From: Blasia pusilla
Lineage: Eukaryota
Reading direction: 5' to 3'
NCBI GenBank assembly: GCA_050084515.1
Contig: CM114271.1
Span: 41,602,001 to 41,666,000, forward strand
DNA: 64,000 nt
This document shows positions 12,638 through 25,815 of the stretch, piece after piece; within the stretch, counting starts at the first letter, position 1, and every line of letters starts with the position of its first letter. A program made the translations under genes and the position numbers. Below the pieces are notes generated by a model. That model had not been told where the DNA came from, made no database searches, and was given only the letters and a program-made list of their open reading frames with translations.

Positions 12638-15600
12638 ATGAAGAGAGAGAGAATCGTTGAATTGCTCGGGGCAAAATTTAGTGCAATTGGTCGAGAGGAG
12701 AAGAACATGGACGGACGCAGGCGGGAAATCAGCCCCCGTTCGGGGGTTGAGGCGGGATGGAAATGGCAGACTCTAGTCGAACGGGCACAGGTGCACGATC
12801 TCAATTGCGGGCTCGTGCTTGATGAAGGAGAGGCTATGGGAACGACTGTGGAGAAGAAGAAAGGCGAAGACGCCCGAACGTGCCTGTGCCATGTGCCCGT
12901 TGACGTGTGGGCTCATATTTTCTTACAACTCTCGTCGTTCAAAGACATGGCCTGGTTCGTACCAATTGTGTTTATCCTATCACTAGTTCCACTCAAGTTT
13001 TGCGTCTAGAATTTCTCGGGAGTGTCGTATCTTGCCACAGGTGTTGGAATGATGGGAGAAAGGGCATCACTCCTCTCCGGGACCGTCCTCTTTCTCTTCT
13101 ATTTCTACCACAGTTTTCTGGAGGCGATGAGACAGGAGTGGCGATCTCCGCTCTCGTACAGAAATTCTGAGAAATCTTGGGATCCAGTGCCTCCAAGAAA
13201 GGATGTTTGAAAGGTTTTCATTCTCCATTCAGACGGACAGCTCGGGTAGAGAAATCACACCGCCACAGAGGAGAATCAAGTGATCGGTTATGGTTTCCCA
13301 TTGTTGGAAGAGAACGATTAAAACCCCAGCATTCGTATGATGAGATGCTCCGATTTCACCATTCTTGTTGACTCTTTGCTCTCGGTTGAAAGGCAGTTTC
13401 GTTCGATACGGACAGAGGAGAGAGGAGCAGATATATTGAGTTTGAAGGTGTGGTGTCTGGTGACTGGAATTTTGCCAGGGCAAGTAGAGTTTGCAAGAAA
13501 TGGAAGGACGGAATGCGGGAGGCTCTGGCGTTTAGGGAAAAGCTGAGCTTCGCAGGCTGGAGAGCAGATGATGCCACAGTAGGACGACTAGTTGAGGGTG
13601 CTTACAATCTCTTGGAGCTCGATATGTGAGTCTCCCCTTCTCAATTCATCAACTTATGCACAAAATTCAGGTGCCGTGTACTTGGATTGCCTCCCATCAA
13701 GCTCATCGAGAAATTGGCTTGATAAAGTTTCTCTCCATGTGGAGTACACAGGTGCAGAATTTGCGGGGACTTTTACCCAAACACTGGGTACTAATCTCCC
13801 TAGCATTTCTTCCTCTCCTTGTGAGCATACATCACGGTTCCGCTCTCACGGAAATCAAGTTCAGGAACTTGAATTGGCCATACAGTTGCTTCTCAAGTAG
13901 CAAGCGTGCGTTTAATCAGCCGACCCGATTGTGCTGTATTTGTAAGGCCTGCTATGCGGACAAGAACGTATCATACCTCAATCTGAAAGAAATTGACGAG
14001 ACCGACGCGTCCGGTGTCCGAGGGAGCTGATCAGATCACTTGTTTGTTCTGCAGATCTCTGGGTAGGTGGGGCTCGCGCATCACGGATGCGGGATTGCTT
14101 CGTATTGCGAACTCTAGATGCTGCCCCTATCTCACTTCCATCTCGCTTTGGGGCGTCACCGGAATTACGGATGAAGGAGTTGTGCAGTTGGTAAATCTCG
14201 ACCTGGACCGTCTTTCTTCACTAAATAATAAAATATAGAGAATAGTCATTCGACAGTTTCGACGTTCTTGGATGGGCAAAGAGTGATTTTTGTTCCTGAG
14301 ATGGATGAGCTCGATAATCTGCTGCTGGGTGTCAGGTCATGCAGGCACGCTCTCTCGAGCATCTGAACGTAGGAGGCACTTTCATTACGGATGTTTCAGT
14401 GTTCGCCATTGCCGATAACAGCCATCGTCTGAAGGTATGCGACAATTACTCTACCCATCTCTGAGCTCCCGCACCAACCCTTTTAAATCACGCAGAATGT
14501 TTGATTGGTACTCACTCAACATTCGATCGATCTCCACTGCTGCGCCGGCGACATCCACGTTCAACTCGAATCGTATTTATCTAGCACAGCTGAGTGAGTT
14601 AAGACCCTCCAGATCAAGGTAGTCGACCAGCTGTTTCGGGCAACGTCGTATTGCTTTTTGTCACCAGCAACTACAACCCTAAATTCGTAATCATCAAGAC
14701 GAGCTTGTGCTATGGTTTCATCGGTCTCACCGCAGGAGCATCTCTTCTCTATTATCTAGCCAGGTCTTCTTCCTGAATTGAAACCCCACTCCCAAGTGAC
14801 AAGAGAACTTGCTGTGGGTTTTTACTTACGGCTGGCGAAGCACATTCTCACCGTAATTACAATCTTAAGCCTTTTCCAAGGTAAATTCTACAAGTAAAAC
14901 CTTTGAGGATGCAAAGTGAAGCTAGGTTTGAGTTCCCAGCTATCTCTCCTCCCAAAAAAATCTAGGAAAGCTCTGAGTTACCGAGAACCTAGGCTGGTTC
15001 CAAACACATGTATCGCATAATGTTGTGAATGTGTACCATCTGCAGTTCGATAACTAGTTTCTGTGAATCTAAGTATTGCGACTTGTAGTCCATCACTGTC
15101 TCTCAGAGTTATGATCTTCAGGAACCCCTAAATGAGTAGATATCAGAGTCAAAACAGTTTCAACGCAAGAACCATAGGTTATGTTGATGGCTGACAACGG
15201 TCTCCACCAAGCTCCCCGTCAAAATTACATTTAAGTGCTACTCTGTCGACTCACTGCATATTTCGAACGTTTCAACACTTTGAAACCGCAACTCATGGCA
15301 TCTAGAAACTTGAGCTCGCCTCCTGTGGATCTGGGAACAGAAAATGAGGAGCGCTCTTTCTTTCATATTTCAAATGTTTGTGAGAAAATCGAGTACATGT
15401 CTACTGGCAATCGACCCAACGACCGGGGCTGAAATCAGGGCTACTCGAGAACTTTCACTCCGGTCGGTATATCTGTTTGGCTCATTTAAAAGCTAGAACT
15501 TGCACCGTCAAATGACTACACCTTTCGACACACCTGCAAAACCGTCACAAAACTAGTTGCTGTACAAGCTGTCTCGTCCGTTTCAACCTCAAGATGGGAT

Positions 15601-16181
15601 CATCGAGCTACGAATTTTGCGTACTATTTTCTGCAGTGTTATTACTAGAAAGTATTTTGATCGTGCGACTTGCCACATGAGAGGTAAGGCCAGTTTCGTC
15701 AAAATGATCAGTTGCTTAGATTTGGGATCCACGACATGATCATGTGAGTTTCATTTGGAAGTCTTGAACGGAAGCAACGTCGTGATCTCCGGAGCACACA
15801 GCTTGTGCTTCATCAAGATTTAGTACTTACTCTGTAACGGCTGTACTGATGAGAACATAGTTGGCTTACTCTTTAGCGTGACTCCAGTACATCCAGTTAT
15901 CTCGTATACACAATTCAAGCATTATAATGGTTCCTGGTTACTCATCAAGAGCCCTGGGTTTCACTTTGTGTTTGTGACAGGTTCTGAATCTATGGGGCTG
16001 CAGGCATGTTACCGAAGCTGGAATTCTCGCTCTTGGCAGGTCCTGCAAAAAGCTCCTCTCTATAAATGTGTGGGGCATGAATATCTCTCGGGCATGTGAA
16101 TTACGTTTGGTGGGTATGAATGCCCACCTTCAGCTCAAGCCAAGCCAGGTGCGAAACCATTTGATTACATCGGCATCATAA
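12638..16181 (+). CDS. F-box/LRR (RNI-like) protein, At5g67140-like
   Basis: Exons 12638-12954, 13479-13625, 14055-14190, 14336-14434 and 15981-16181 with GT-AG borders join in frame. F-box (LCHVPVDVWAHIFLQLSSFKDMAWASRVCKKWK), then LSFAGW, ITDAGLLRIA, SISLWGVTGITDEGVVQL, LEHLNVGGTFITD, LNLWGCRHVTEAG. Start codon uncertain (12638, 12707 or 12836). Confidence 0.9.
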
Positions 16182-16884
16182 TGGCGAAAAGCAAACAAAT
16201 GGATGTCAAAAGTTTGTAAATATCTGTAGAAATTGATTCGTTTCAACGGTGGTTGGTCCAGAAATTGAAACTTGTGGATAGAAATTACACAATGGGCTAC
16301 GCTTCCTCAAGATTAAATCTAGAAAGGTGCCTCGATTCCTTGCAGAGAGCTGTGTTACTAATCATTATGAATTGTTATCCAAAGAGAGTAGACTAGCAAA
16401 TCTTGAGATTCGTGAATTTTTTTCCAGTCGATCTATCGTTGTGGATTTTCAAGTGTGCTTTATCTAACCCTGTTTACGACATGACTTTGGATTGAGATCT
16501 TTTTCTTCAAGAGTTAGTAAAAGTAGGATGACTTGTCTTGAATCCCACCTTGAATGACGGCGTACGCGATTTTTCCATGTAGGACTGCCTTTGCAGTCGA
16601 AGTATCACTCTAATCAACTAGTGACAATTGTCTGTCAAACTACTTCTTGTAAGTTTGGAATGTAATAGAGTTCCAAATTTTATCCTTACTGATACCTAGC
16701 CCATTTCAGTGAAGGGGTCCAACTCAAACATTGAAAACAAACGAAAAAACGATGATAACACCAAATGAAAAACATCAATCTCAGACATACCTGCATATAA
16801 TACAATTCCACATCGAAGTTCATAATCCGGCATTCGAAAGATCCTCATCGTAACCTGCAAACACTTCGGCTGGTAGAGACTCAC

Positions 16885-18420
16885 TCACAGTCCAATGAGA
16901 ACGTCATCATCCCCCATGGACCCTAGTCGAAGACTAGGGTCCGCGGCAAAAGTGCTCGTTGTGCTCGTTGTGCTCGGATTGCAAATTTTCCAGAAGTCGT
17001 TCCGACACCAATAGCTTACGATCCATCTGCTCCACATGAGAGAGAGAAAAGTGCAGTCTCTCAAGCAGTCGACTCGGTCACGACTAGTCACGCTTCTACA
17101 GAAATGTCCATAGCGACGTTTCGGTGAGGTAGGTTTCTGTCTCCTCGAGCAGGAACCGAGCGACTTGTCTTGTGTCAATAGTAATGTCCCATGCAGGGGA
17201 ATGTCTTGTGGCAGTGCCCCAGGCATGGGAAACTCCTGTAAATCCTGAATGCTTGAAGTCTGCCAGGAAATCGGCTGCTTGGCATTCCTGTTCCAATGTC
17301 CTGGTCCTAACATTTCCACGAATGCGGTAAACCACATCTAAGGTTATGCTAGGAACGAAATGTAAGGACCATCACCTCGCTCGTGGGTGATCGTGTTATG
17401 TGTAGTGGAGAGTGGCAAAATCAGCTGGCCGAGTGCTGGATTCTCCCTGTTCTAGTCCTCTCGAATAGTGGCTGATGGGGCTCAAAGCTCATCGTCACAT
17501 TCCCATCCAAAGAAATCTTTTGTGAACGATGGAGTTAAACATTCTTGAGAGCATCAATCTGAACAGTGCCTCCAGAGAATGTCCATTAAGTAGGAAATGC
17601 CTTGGAAGACGCAACCTCCGCTCAAGCAGATAGCGTTAGAAGATGCACTACGGTCCAGAGAGTCACTCCCATCAATCGTTCGTTCCAACTATACTGTCAT
17701 CTCTGCATCCTTCCGTCCCATGGCCTTGGACACACAGATCCCCTCCCCAGACGACGAAACAATTCATCAAAGAACACATTTTGTGGTGAGGAGTGACCAT
17801 CTGGATGGTGATTTCAAGATGGCTTATATGATGGTGAAGAAATTGCAGCTTTCGGATTGTGCTCTTCGTATATTCTTCTGCAACATCCCCTGTGCTTCCA
17901 CGCCATTGTGCACCCTGATCGTTCGACATCCGCATGAGAGGCCAAATATTCGGAAGGATTCAGCGAAGAATGATGGGGCACACGAGCGAGTGGGAGGCTC
18001 TGGGTCTCTCATCCCTTACGGATACCTACGAGTCGTCGTTCGTAACTTGAGTTCCCATGAAACCTTCCACCACTGATTGAGTGTCTACCCTGAACTCCTT
18101 CGCTCCCGAGGAATCCCCGCAACAATTCTCCACTCATCAAATTAGAGTTTCGTTCTTCAGCTGCGGAACAGTTCCGACATATTCGTCGATGGTCCTCGAA
18201 TCCGACTCCGAAACTAGAAGGAGAGAGCACTCTCTCGCATGTCGTTCCCGAATTCCTGCAGATTATTCCCATCGACTTGGCTAAGACGGTGGGCCACCCT
18301 TCTACGATCCGGACTTCAGTACGATTCGGTTCAACTCAACTCTTTCGATCCCTTCCTGTGCCACTGTGGGCGGTATCTATTTTCTGTCAAATCTGCAGCC
18401 AACTTTTCTAGCGGTCTCGT
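16885..18420 (-). pseudogene. Possible heavily degraded receptor-like protein kinase pseudogene
   Basis: Frameshifted minus-strand fragments in kinase order: KLQFLHHH, SPQNVFFDELF, GGDL/VSKAMGRKDAEMT/SIVGT, DVVY/AFVEMLG. No intact HRD or DFG motif. Confidence 0.3.
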
Positions 18421-20024
18421 GATGTGATCTGAGATGTGGCGTGGTGATCAGGTTGGAGAGTCGACTACTGACGTGGGGCCCGGGCTCATTCATTACCTAA
18501 TCAAAGTTTATACGTAGATTTCACACAGCATACTCGTAAGAGCAACACACTTCATAACCATACGATAGAAAGAACGACGGAAATTATGAGACTCTAAAAG
18601 TTCGTTGGAAGGAGGCCAACCCTCGATTCACGATAATGTAAAAAACTCATAAAAAAATTGAATGCAAAAAGCTGAGGAGACAAGTTGGTCCGAGAGGCCC
18701 CACCATTCTCGTACTACATTCCATGTCGTCACTTCGGGATTGGATTCATGTATGTCTAGTCTAGAGAGAGAAAGCGAGAAAAAGCCTACGCTGCAGTGCA
18801 GCACATCACTCAAAAGGTCGCCGCTTTCCAGAAAGTGCGAAAGGATTCCTCGTGCACACGACACGGTGCAGAAATGTCCTTTTCTCATTTTGAAATACAC
18901 CAGTGTACCGTAAGGGTTAAGGGTGACGTATCAGTATGATCTTCACCTATATATGCTATGGTTTCGGTAACTCCTGCCTCTGTCAGATGCCGCTCCGTTG
19001 AAGGAGCCGTCCTTCTTCTGTACCCTAGAGAGTTCAGAAACCCTAAAGCTTCCGACTTCCAGCTATCCTCTGATCGGCAATGTGCGTGCCAAAAGGCGAT
19101 CGCCAGGCCCATGCGTGTTGTCTCACACGAGATATTGAGTGCATCACTTACGCTGGGAACTTCGAAGTGGATCGCCACGGATGCATCTTGGTACTCGAAA
19201 AGGTCTTTTCACGCGCAGAAGAGAGCGAGAAATCTGGTCTTTCCTAGTAGAGCTTCCATTACATTTCGTCGCGAACACCAGAGTTTGCAGAGCCACATTG
19301 CGAACGTCGTCTGCCTTACTCATCGATTTGAAGCAGGTGGGATTCCTCGAGAACGGAGCTCTCTTCCCACCCTCAATTTTCATTCTGGTTCGAGATTCAT
19401 GCTGATCCCACGAGAGGGTCGTGAGATCGCCACGAATACTGTTGTTGTTCGGGTGGTGTGACTTGATTGTGGATGAGTCGGATCTATCGTGGCTCGAGCG
19501 TACCGGTACACTTCAGGCAGACATAGCAATTTCATTACCACAACATTGCTTCGTGCAAAAAGAGTTCCGTAACCTAGCATGATTTTACCGGCATGTCGTA
19601 TTCGTCGTTAGACTATCTATGCATTTTTTTAGTAAAGGCTTGCATACTATTGCACGAGACTTTATGAACTTGACGTGACGAATATCACGAGATCACAACT
19701 ATAGATCTCGTCACATTGTCACTCCACTGCGCAACTTGTCTTCCCCATTGAGAGCTCCACCTCACCTAGCAAGAAATCAACTCGTATACTCACCTGCCGC
19801 CATGGCCACTCAAGTAGTTTGTGCAGCCTGCATACAACTGTCCTTTCCAGAAACACCCATTGGAGCAGTCACTTAGATCGGAAGAAACTCTCGGGAATAT
19901 TGTTTTAGAATCTCGTGACGCTGTACTGAAAGACTATTCTGCTTAAAGTCGGTTAAGCCAAGAGCACATGGTTTACATGACCCCGGATTTGTTTGACTCA
20001 CGACAACTTTTTACATTTGGTTTA

Positions 20025-20252
20025 GGGGTCAATTCCTTGGGCACGCCCGGAGGTTGCGGGGACCCATTTCCTAAGTCCAAAAACTTTACCCAGCGGAAAA
20101 CATCCACCGATTTCAATTAGTTTCCGACGGATTTTAGTCAAATGGGTCGCGATGACGCTAGATGAATTCTGCGCCCAAAAGTTTTTTTGGGCGTAGAAAA
20201 ATCGAGCGACGCTCTATCGCCGCCGATATCCTGCGCGCATGGAATCCACCCC
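20025..20252. mobile_element. Tourist/PIF-Harbinger-like MITE
   Basis: 228 bp with TTA on both sides (20022-24, 20253-55). Imperfect TIRs ggggtcaattccttgggcac vs ggggtggattccatgcgcgc (15/20). Internal hairpin at about 20171-20194. Confidence 0.55.
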
Positions 20253-22342
20253 TTAGTAGTACAACGGAATTATTTCTTACTCCCTTGTTATTTATGGAAG
20301 AGGGAGTAAGAAAGAGGTGATGGGCAAAAAGAGAGAGCTCTTTCCATGCTCCTTATAGTGAGGTACCTGTGATATGAAAGGTATACAATATTTGAAGGAT
20401 ACTATACTAAATTGGTATACAAAATTAACCCGTATTTCCAATTTTATGCTCAATACTTATTGAGAGGGGAGGGCATGTTTGACCCTATTTGTCAACCATA
20501 ATGTGGCATCCTTGGGAGGTACCCTCACATCTATATATATAATTAAAAGGGGATGGGGTTTAAGGAAACCCTCTTCATGTGTTGACATATGTCCCCTACA
20601 TGTACTTTTGATGTTGCCACATGTAACTTTAGGAAAAGGAGTTCAATTAAGAGGAGACAATTAAATGGAGAAGGGAAAAGAAGATAGGAGGCTTTTTAAA
20701 ATTTGAAGATCGTGATCCCCTTGTCACAAAGAAGGGTTTCAAAAGAAAGATTATTTTCTTGAGAGGTTCTCTTTTCAAGAAGGGAGGGGGAGATATTTAA
20801 ATTTTAATTGTGAATTGGTTCATAAATTGATTAATTGTTGAACATAAGTGGACCCCTTCCATAAGGCTAGAGAGGGTCCCTCTAGCCTAGTGCATGACAC
20901 ATACACAAAAGTACAAGTTACAAGGATTTGAAGATAAATATTCATGCAATGCATGACACAACATTATATTTTATATAAAGTCCAAAAGAGAATCTTAATA
21001 TTTATATTATTATTAAAGGTTGAGGAATGCAAAAGGCTCCATGTGTCTTTATAAAAAATTCAAAATTAGTCATATCCATTTTTTCAATAAGATTTGTTTA
21101 TAAGCTCGGAATTTGATCTGAAATTTTAGTGATTGAAACAAACTTACATACCTTTTATCCTTTATTTCATTGAAATTTTCGTCTTCATGGAATACTTATG
21201 TGGTTTTCATGATATAGATGTGAAAGAGGGTTGAAGGGAACTACCAAACTAAATCCCACCCAAAAAGCCATGCCATCTTGCTCACAAGATTAGAGCTAAA
21301 TTGGAGATATAATCTCCCATCAACTCACTTTTCCATGGTGGATTTATGACCTATCCATGAACAAAGGTTGTAGAAGAAATAATTGAATAAAGAAATAAAG
21401 TCAAGTGTTTTTCTTTTTTCACCATGTTAGCTTAAGCTAGCAGAATGTAAACTCAAAATTTTCAACTTAGTTCCTCTGGGTTCAAAAACACAATCACCTT
21501 GAAAAATAATATTCCTCCTTTCAAACCCCCATCTTCCCCACAACAACAAAAGTGTCTTTAAAGAGAAGCAAAGCTCTTTTCAAAGAGGAAATATGAGATA
21601 TTACCTCTTATGCAATGGAATACGATAAGATGTTACTTGTGGTTATGTAATAAGTGAGACACTTGGTAATTTCATCTATTTTGAAATTGAAAGAAAGAAT
21701 GTTACTTATTTTGGAAAGAATGTTCTACATTATTTTGATCCCTCAATTGTGCACATACACATTGCTACTCATAAGGCAAGAGAGACAAAATCTCCTCTGT
21801 CTCATGACAAGAGGTTCAACAAAGAGACAATGAGCTCTCACACACACACACATAGGGATAGAGAGAGGGTATATTTGAAGAAGAGAGCTTGGGAGCTCTC
21901 TTCTTCAAGTATACCCTCTCCTTTGTGACATATGCACATAGCTCACTTCTCTAACCATAACCCTCTCAATTAAAAAGGTCACAAATATTGTGTGCCCATG
22001 TGGCCTCATTTTTAGTCGCCTTCTTATCATCCAAATCACTCTAGCAAGTCCAAATATAAGACTACGCATCTTACATACATCTAAGGCATGTATATTATCC
22101 TTCAGGAACACAACTAAGAGATGTAGTCAAAAATGAAATTTACCATCCTCTTGAAGAGCCATCACAAACTAGCATGGTGGTTGCACCTTTCATTATCCAC
22201 ACAACATGCACCATAGGCTTATAGATACCAGTACCAATTTAGAGTCCACTATCCCATCAATTTTTTGGAGGTAGCAAGGCGCACAATAATGTACGTGATC
22301 CTTCCAAACCATGCCATTGTGCCCCTCTAGCACGAGAATGCA

Positions 22343-22662
22343 TGATGAAAACTGCTAAAGAAGCATAACTAGTGGGAAAACGGCTCTCACACTCACACAC
22401 CACCATGAAGAGAACAAAATTTTGCAATGAAAGAATGAGTGGAGGTTAGTCCCCTTCTCAATTATATAGGGTATGTACAAGCAACCCTAACCCTAATCTT
22501 AACCATAGTCTCTAGTTAGACTAACTATGATTAACTAACCCTAGTTAAGATCATCGCGCTTAACTAACTAACAAACCAAGTTTAAGCTTCCCTACTTTGT
22601 ATGAGTACCAAATGTAGCAATTCAGGTGTCTCATGAGCTTGACTGTAACTCAATCTTCGATA
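22343..22662 (-). repeat. 3' LTR of the copia element (about 320 bp)
   Basis: Starts right after the PPT with TA (mutated TG) at 22662 and ends ...tttcatca at 22343. No second LTR is visible in the window. Confidence 0.55.
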
Positions 22663-25645
22663 CTCCTCCTCAAGCTCATATCGATATCTCTAACGCCTAA
22701 ATCGTTTCTAAACATCTCAAACTTATCTCTAGACAATGTCTTTGTAAAGATGTCAGCAATTCGCTGATCTTTACCTATATACACAAGGTATATAGGTAAA
22801 GATCAATTTCTCTTGCAAGGACTTTCTCTATCATAACATGAATGTGCACCTCAACATGCTTTATACGAGCATGAGATACATGGTTATTAGCAAGTTTGAT
22901 GCTACTAATATTGTCTGCATATATTACACTAGATCCTAAGTTACTTATACCAATCTCAACAAGTAATCGACGAAGCCATACCGGCTCACATACTACATTG
23001 GTTGCTCTTCTGTATTCAGCCTCTGTTGAAGATAAAGCAACTCTAGGTTATTTCTTTGAAGCCCAACTTATAACTGCGCCTCCCAAAGTAAGTGGATAAC
23101 AAGATGTGGAGTGTCGATCAGACACGCTTCTTGCCCAATCAGCCAGAAGCGTGTCTGATCGACACGCTTCGAGAAGGTTCAAATTGAAGCCCGGATGGAA
23201 CAAAAAACTTCACATACCGCATAATCCTCCTCACATCATCAAAGTGAGGTTTCTGAGGTGCTTGCATAAATTGGCTCACTAGGCCAACTACATGGCTCAA
23301 ATATGGCTTGGTTAAAGTCATATAGATCAAACTTCCAACCATGCGCCTGTACATATTAGAATCTACAAGCACCTCTCCTTCATCCACTCTTAACTTTACA
23401 CTCTGGTCCAACGGTGTAGAGATTGGTTTACAAGTCGTCATACCATAGTTTGAAAGTATTTGAAGAGCATATTGTCGTTGTAGAAACCACATGCTCTCTC
23501 CAATCTTGATAAACTCAACAACAAGGAAGTATATGAGTTCTCCCAAGTCCTTCATATCAAATTTTTCCTGTAATTTTATCTTGACTTGTTGTACCATATC
23601 CTCAATACTCCCAGTAATCAAGAGATCGTCAAAAGAAAATACAATGATAATCGTATGATCTTTTCCTCTCAAGACATATAACGAGGAGTCTGAGTCACAT
23701 ACCCTAAAATCCAACTCTTGTCGGACGTATGTAATCTTGCCATACCAAACTCTTGGAGTTTGTTTGAGCCCGTATAGAGCTTTCTCCAACCTACATACGC
23801 GAAATGGAAACTCGGGATGCTCATATCTAGTTGGTTGAGTCATATATACCTCCTTATATAGATCTCCATTCAAGAAGGCATTCTTGACGTCCATGTGATG
23901 TAATCTCTACTTCTTACTTATTGCAACTACATCCACTATTCTCGTAGTCGCCATCTTTGCAACAGGGCTAAATGTTTCCTCATAATCGATATCATATTGT
24001 TGTGCATAGCCCTTAGCCACCAATCTCGCTTTGTATCTATTAACTATATCATCTTGATTGCGCTTGATTTTGTAAATCCATTTGCAACCAATAGCTTCCT
24101 TACCGGAAGGTATATCAACCAGCTTCCAAGTCTGTTGATGTCTTAATGCAGCAAGCTCTTCCTCCATAGTTTCAATCCATTCGAATTTACTTGCAACTTC
24201 TTCAAAAAAAACTTGCCTCTTGTTCTTGAAGGATAGTCATCATATATGCATGATGTGTCGCAAAGAAACATTCATTTATGAATCTATGAATAGGATGTGT
24301 GACTCTACTTGATCTATGAAGTTGTGGTTCAAAGATAGATGCCTCTAACACCTAACTCAAGCTCTGACTAGTGTCAACAGACTGAATACGTACTCTTCCC
24401 GTCTATGGACTCACAGATTTAACTGACGAATCTAGGACCTCTCCTTATCCTACACTAGTACTTGGGAAATTTGAAGGGAATGTTTGTTGGTTTACAGTCA
24501 TATTCTCCATCTCAACAGACAAGTTTATATATGGAATAGGCTCAAATGGAGCATACCATGACTTTAGCTCATCAAAGACAACATCGCAACTAATAATAAG
24601 TTTCCTAGAGGATGGAATATAGCACTTATATCCCTTCATTCCATCAACATAGCCAATGAATATATCTCTTTCAGATTTGGGGTCTAATTTTTGACGTCTT
24701 TCAGAAGAAACATGAGCATAACAAATACAACCAAATACTTTCAAGAAGGAAAAATCAGGTTTATTTCCTATGAAGACTTCAAATGGAGTCTTATCATGAA
24801 CTCATGTTTTTGGAGTTTGGTTGATTAAGAAGATTGCACACGTTATAGCCTGTACCCAATACACCTCAAGCATCTTCATCTCATTCAACATAGTTCGTGC
24901 CGCCTCAAAAATATGTCGATTCTTCCTCTCAGCCACTCCATTTTGTTGTGGAGTGTAACTGCAAGTCACTTGGCGTTGGATGCCATTCTGAGGTAAATAG
25001 TCATCAAACTCTGTTGAAAGATACTCTCCTCCTCCATCACAACATAATTTCAGGATGTGTTCTCCAAGCTGCTTCTCTACTAGAACTCTAAATCTTTGGA
25101 ACACTAAGAATACCTCTAACTTGGCTTTCATAAAGTATACCCATATATATCTGGAGAAGTCATCAATAAATGAAACAAAGTATTGGCAAGCACTAAGGCT
25201 ATGTTGTGATGGTGTCCACACATCACTATGGATCAACTCCAATATCTTGGATGCTCTTCTACCTTGCTTTGGAAAAGCAAATCAAGCTTGTTTTCCAAAT
25301 TTGCAAGTAGGACATACCTCTAACGTAGTAGGACTCGCAAATTTAGGAAGTCCTATTACTATATTAGATTATGAAAGACTCTGTAATCTTTGAAGATTCA
25401 TATGTCCAATTCTCTTATGCCACACATTTAGATCTATGACTTGTTGGCCAGTTTGACCATACATTGTTGTTTGAATCTCTGGCATAGAAACATCTAATTT
25501 GAACATTCTTCCAGATCTAGTTCCTTTGGCTATAGTAGTCTCGTCATCCATTATTTTAGTGAAACAACCATGTGTGTTAAACTTCACTTGATAACTTTGT
25601 TCTACTATCTGTCCTTCAGAGATCAAGTTTCTTTGCAAAAAATAA
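22343..25645 (-). mobile_element. Ty1/copia LTR retrotransposon, 5'-truncated and degenerate (GAG-pre-integrase, integrase, RT, RNase H, 3' LTR)
   Basis: Minus ORFs: WHKRIGHMNLQ (25369-25645); IHSDVW...FIDDFSRY...TPQQNGVAERKNR (24802-25242); KVFGC...KLDPKS (24445-24744); KWIYKIK...[12 protein letters not shown] (23907-24167); MDVKNAFLNGDL...LYGLKQ...FDDLLITG (23139-23894); RNase H ADW..S..STS and ADIFTK; PPT-like gaggaggag before the LTR. Confidence 0.95.
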
Positions 25646-25815
25646 GTAGTAACTATATAGAGAGAAGGACTGCGAGAAGGGGCAAGGTGATGATTCTCAA
25701 GGGAGTGGTGAGCACATGCTTTCAGGAAAGTATCAAAAGATACATGCAAATGACGGAATACTTCCACTACAAAAGGAATAAATCCATCAATCATATGTCT
25801 CACAGCATAATCTCA
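25646..25815 (-). mobile_element. Small CRE-like non-LTR endonuclease-tail fragment joined to the copia element
   Basis: Encodes FIPFVVEVFRHLHVSFDTFLKACAHH; nucleotide similarity to 11250-11400. Confidence 0.7.

Noticed and set aside
17096..17335. GFTGVSHAWG resembles the HET-domain SHxWG motif
   Set aside because: The downstream WxDxxCI and MxxIY motifs are missing.
17597..18076. 159-aa plus-strand ORF
   Set aside because: No domain signature; likely the antisense shadow of decayed coding sequence.
18958..19461. 167-aa plus-strand ORF in a region with repeated cacgaga/tcgtga motifs
   Set aside because: Composition is not protein-like and I could not define element ends.
22484..22497. aaccctaaccctaa telomere-like repeat
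   Set aside because: Only two units inside an LTR; not an interstitial telomere array.
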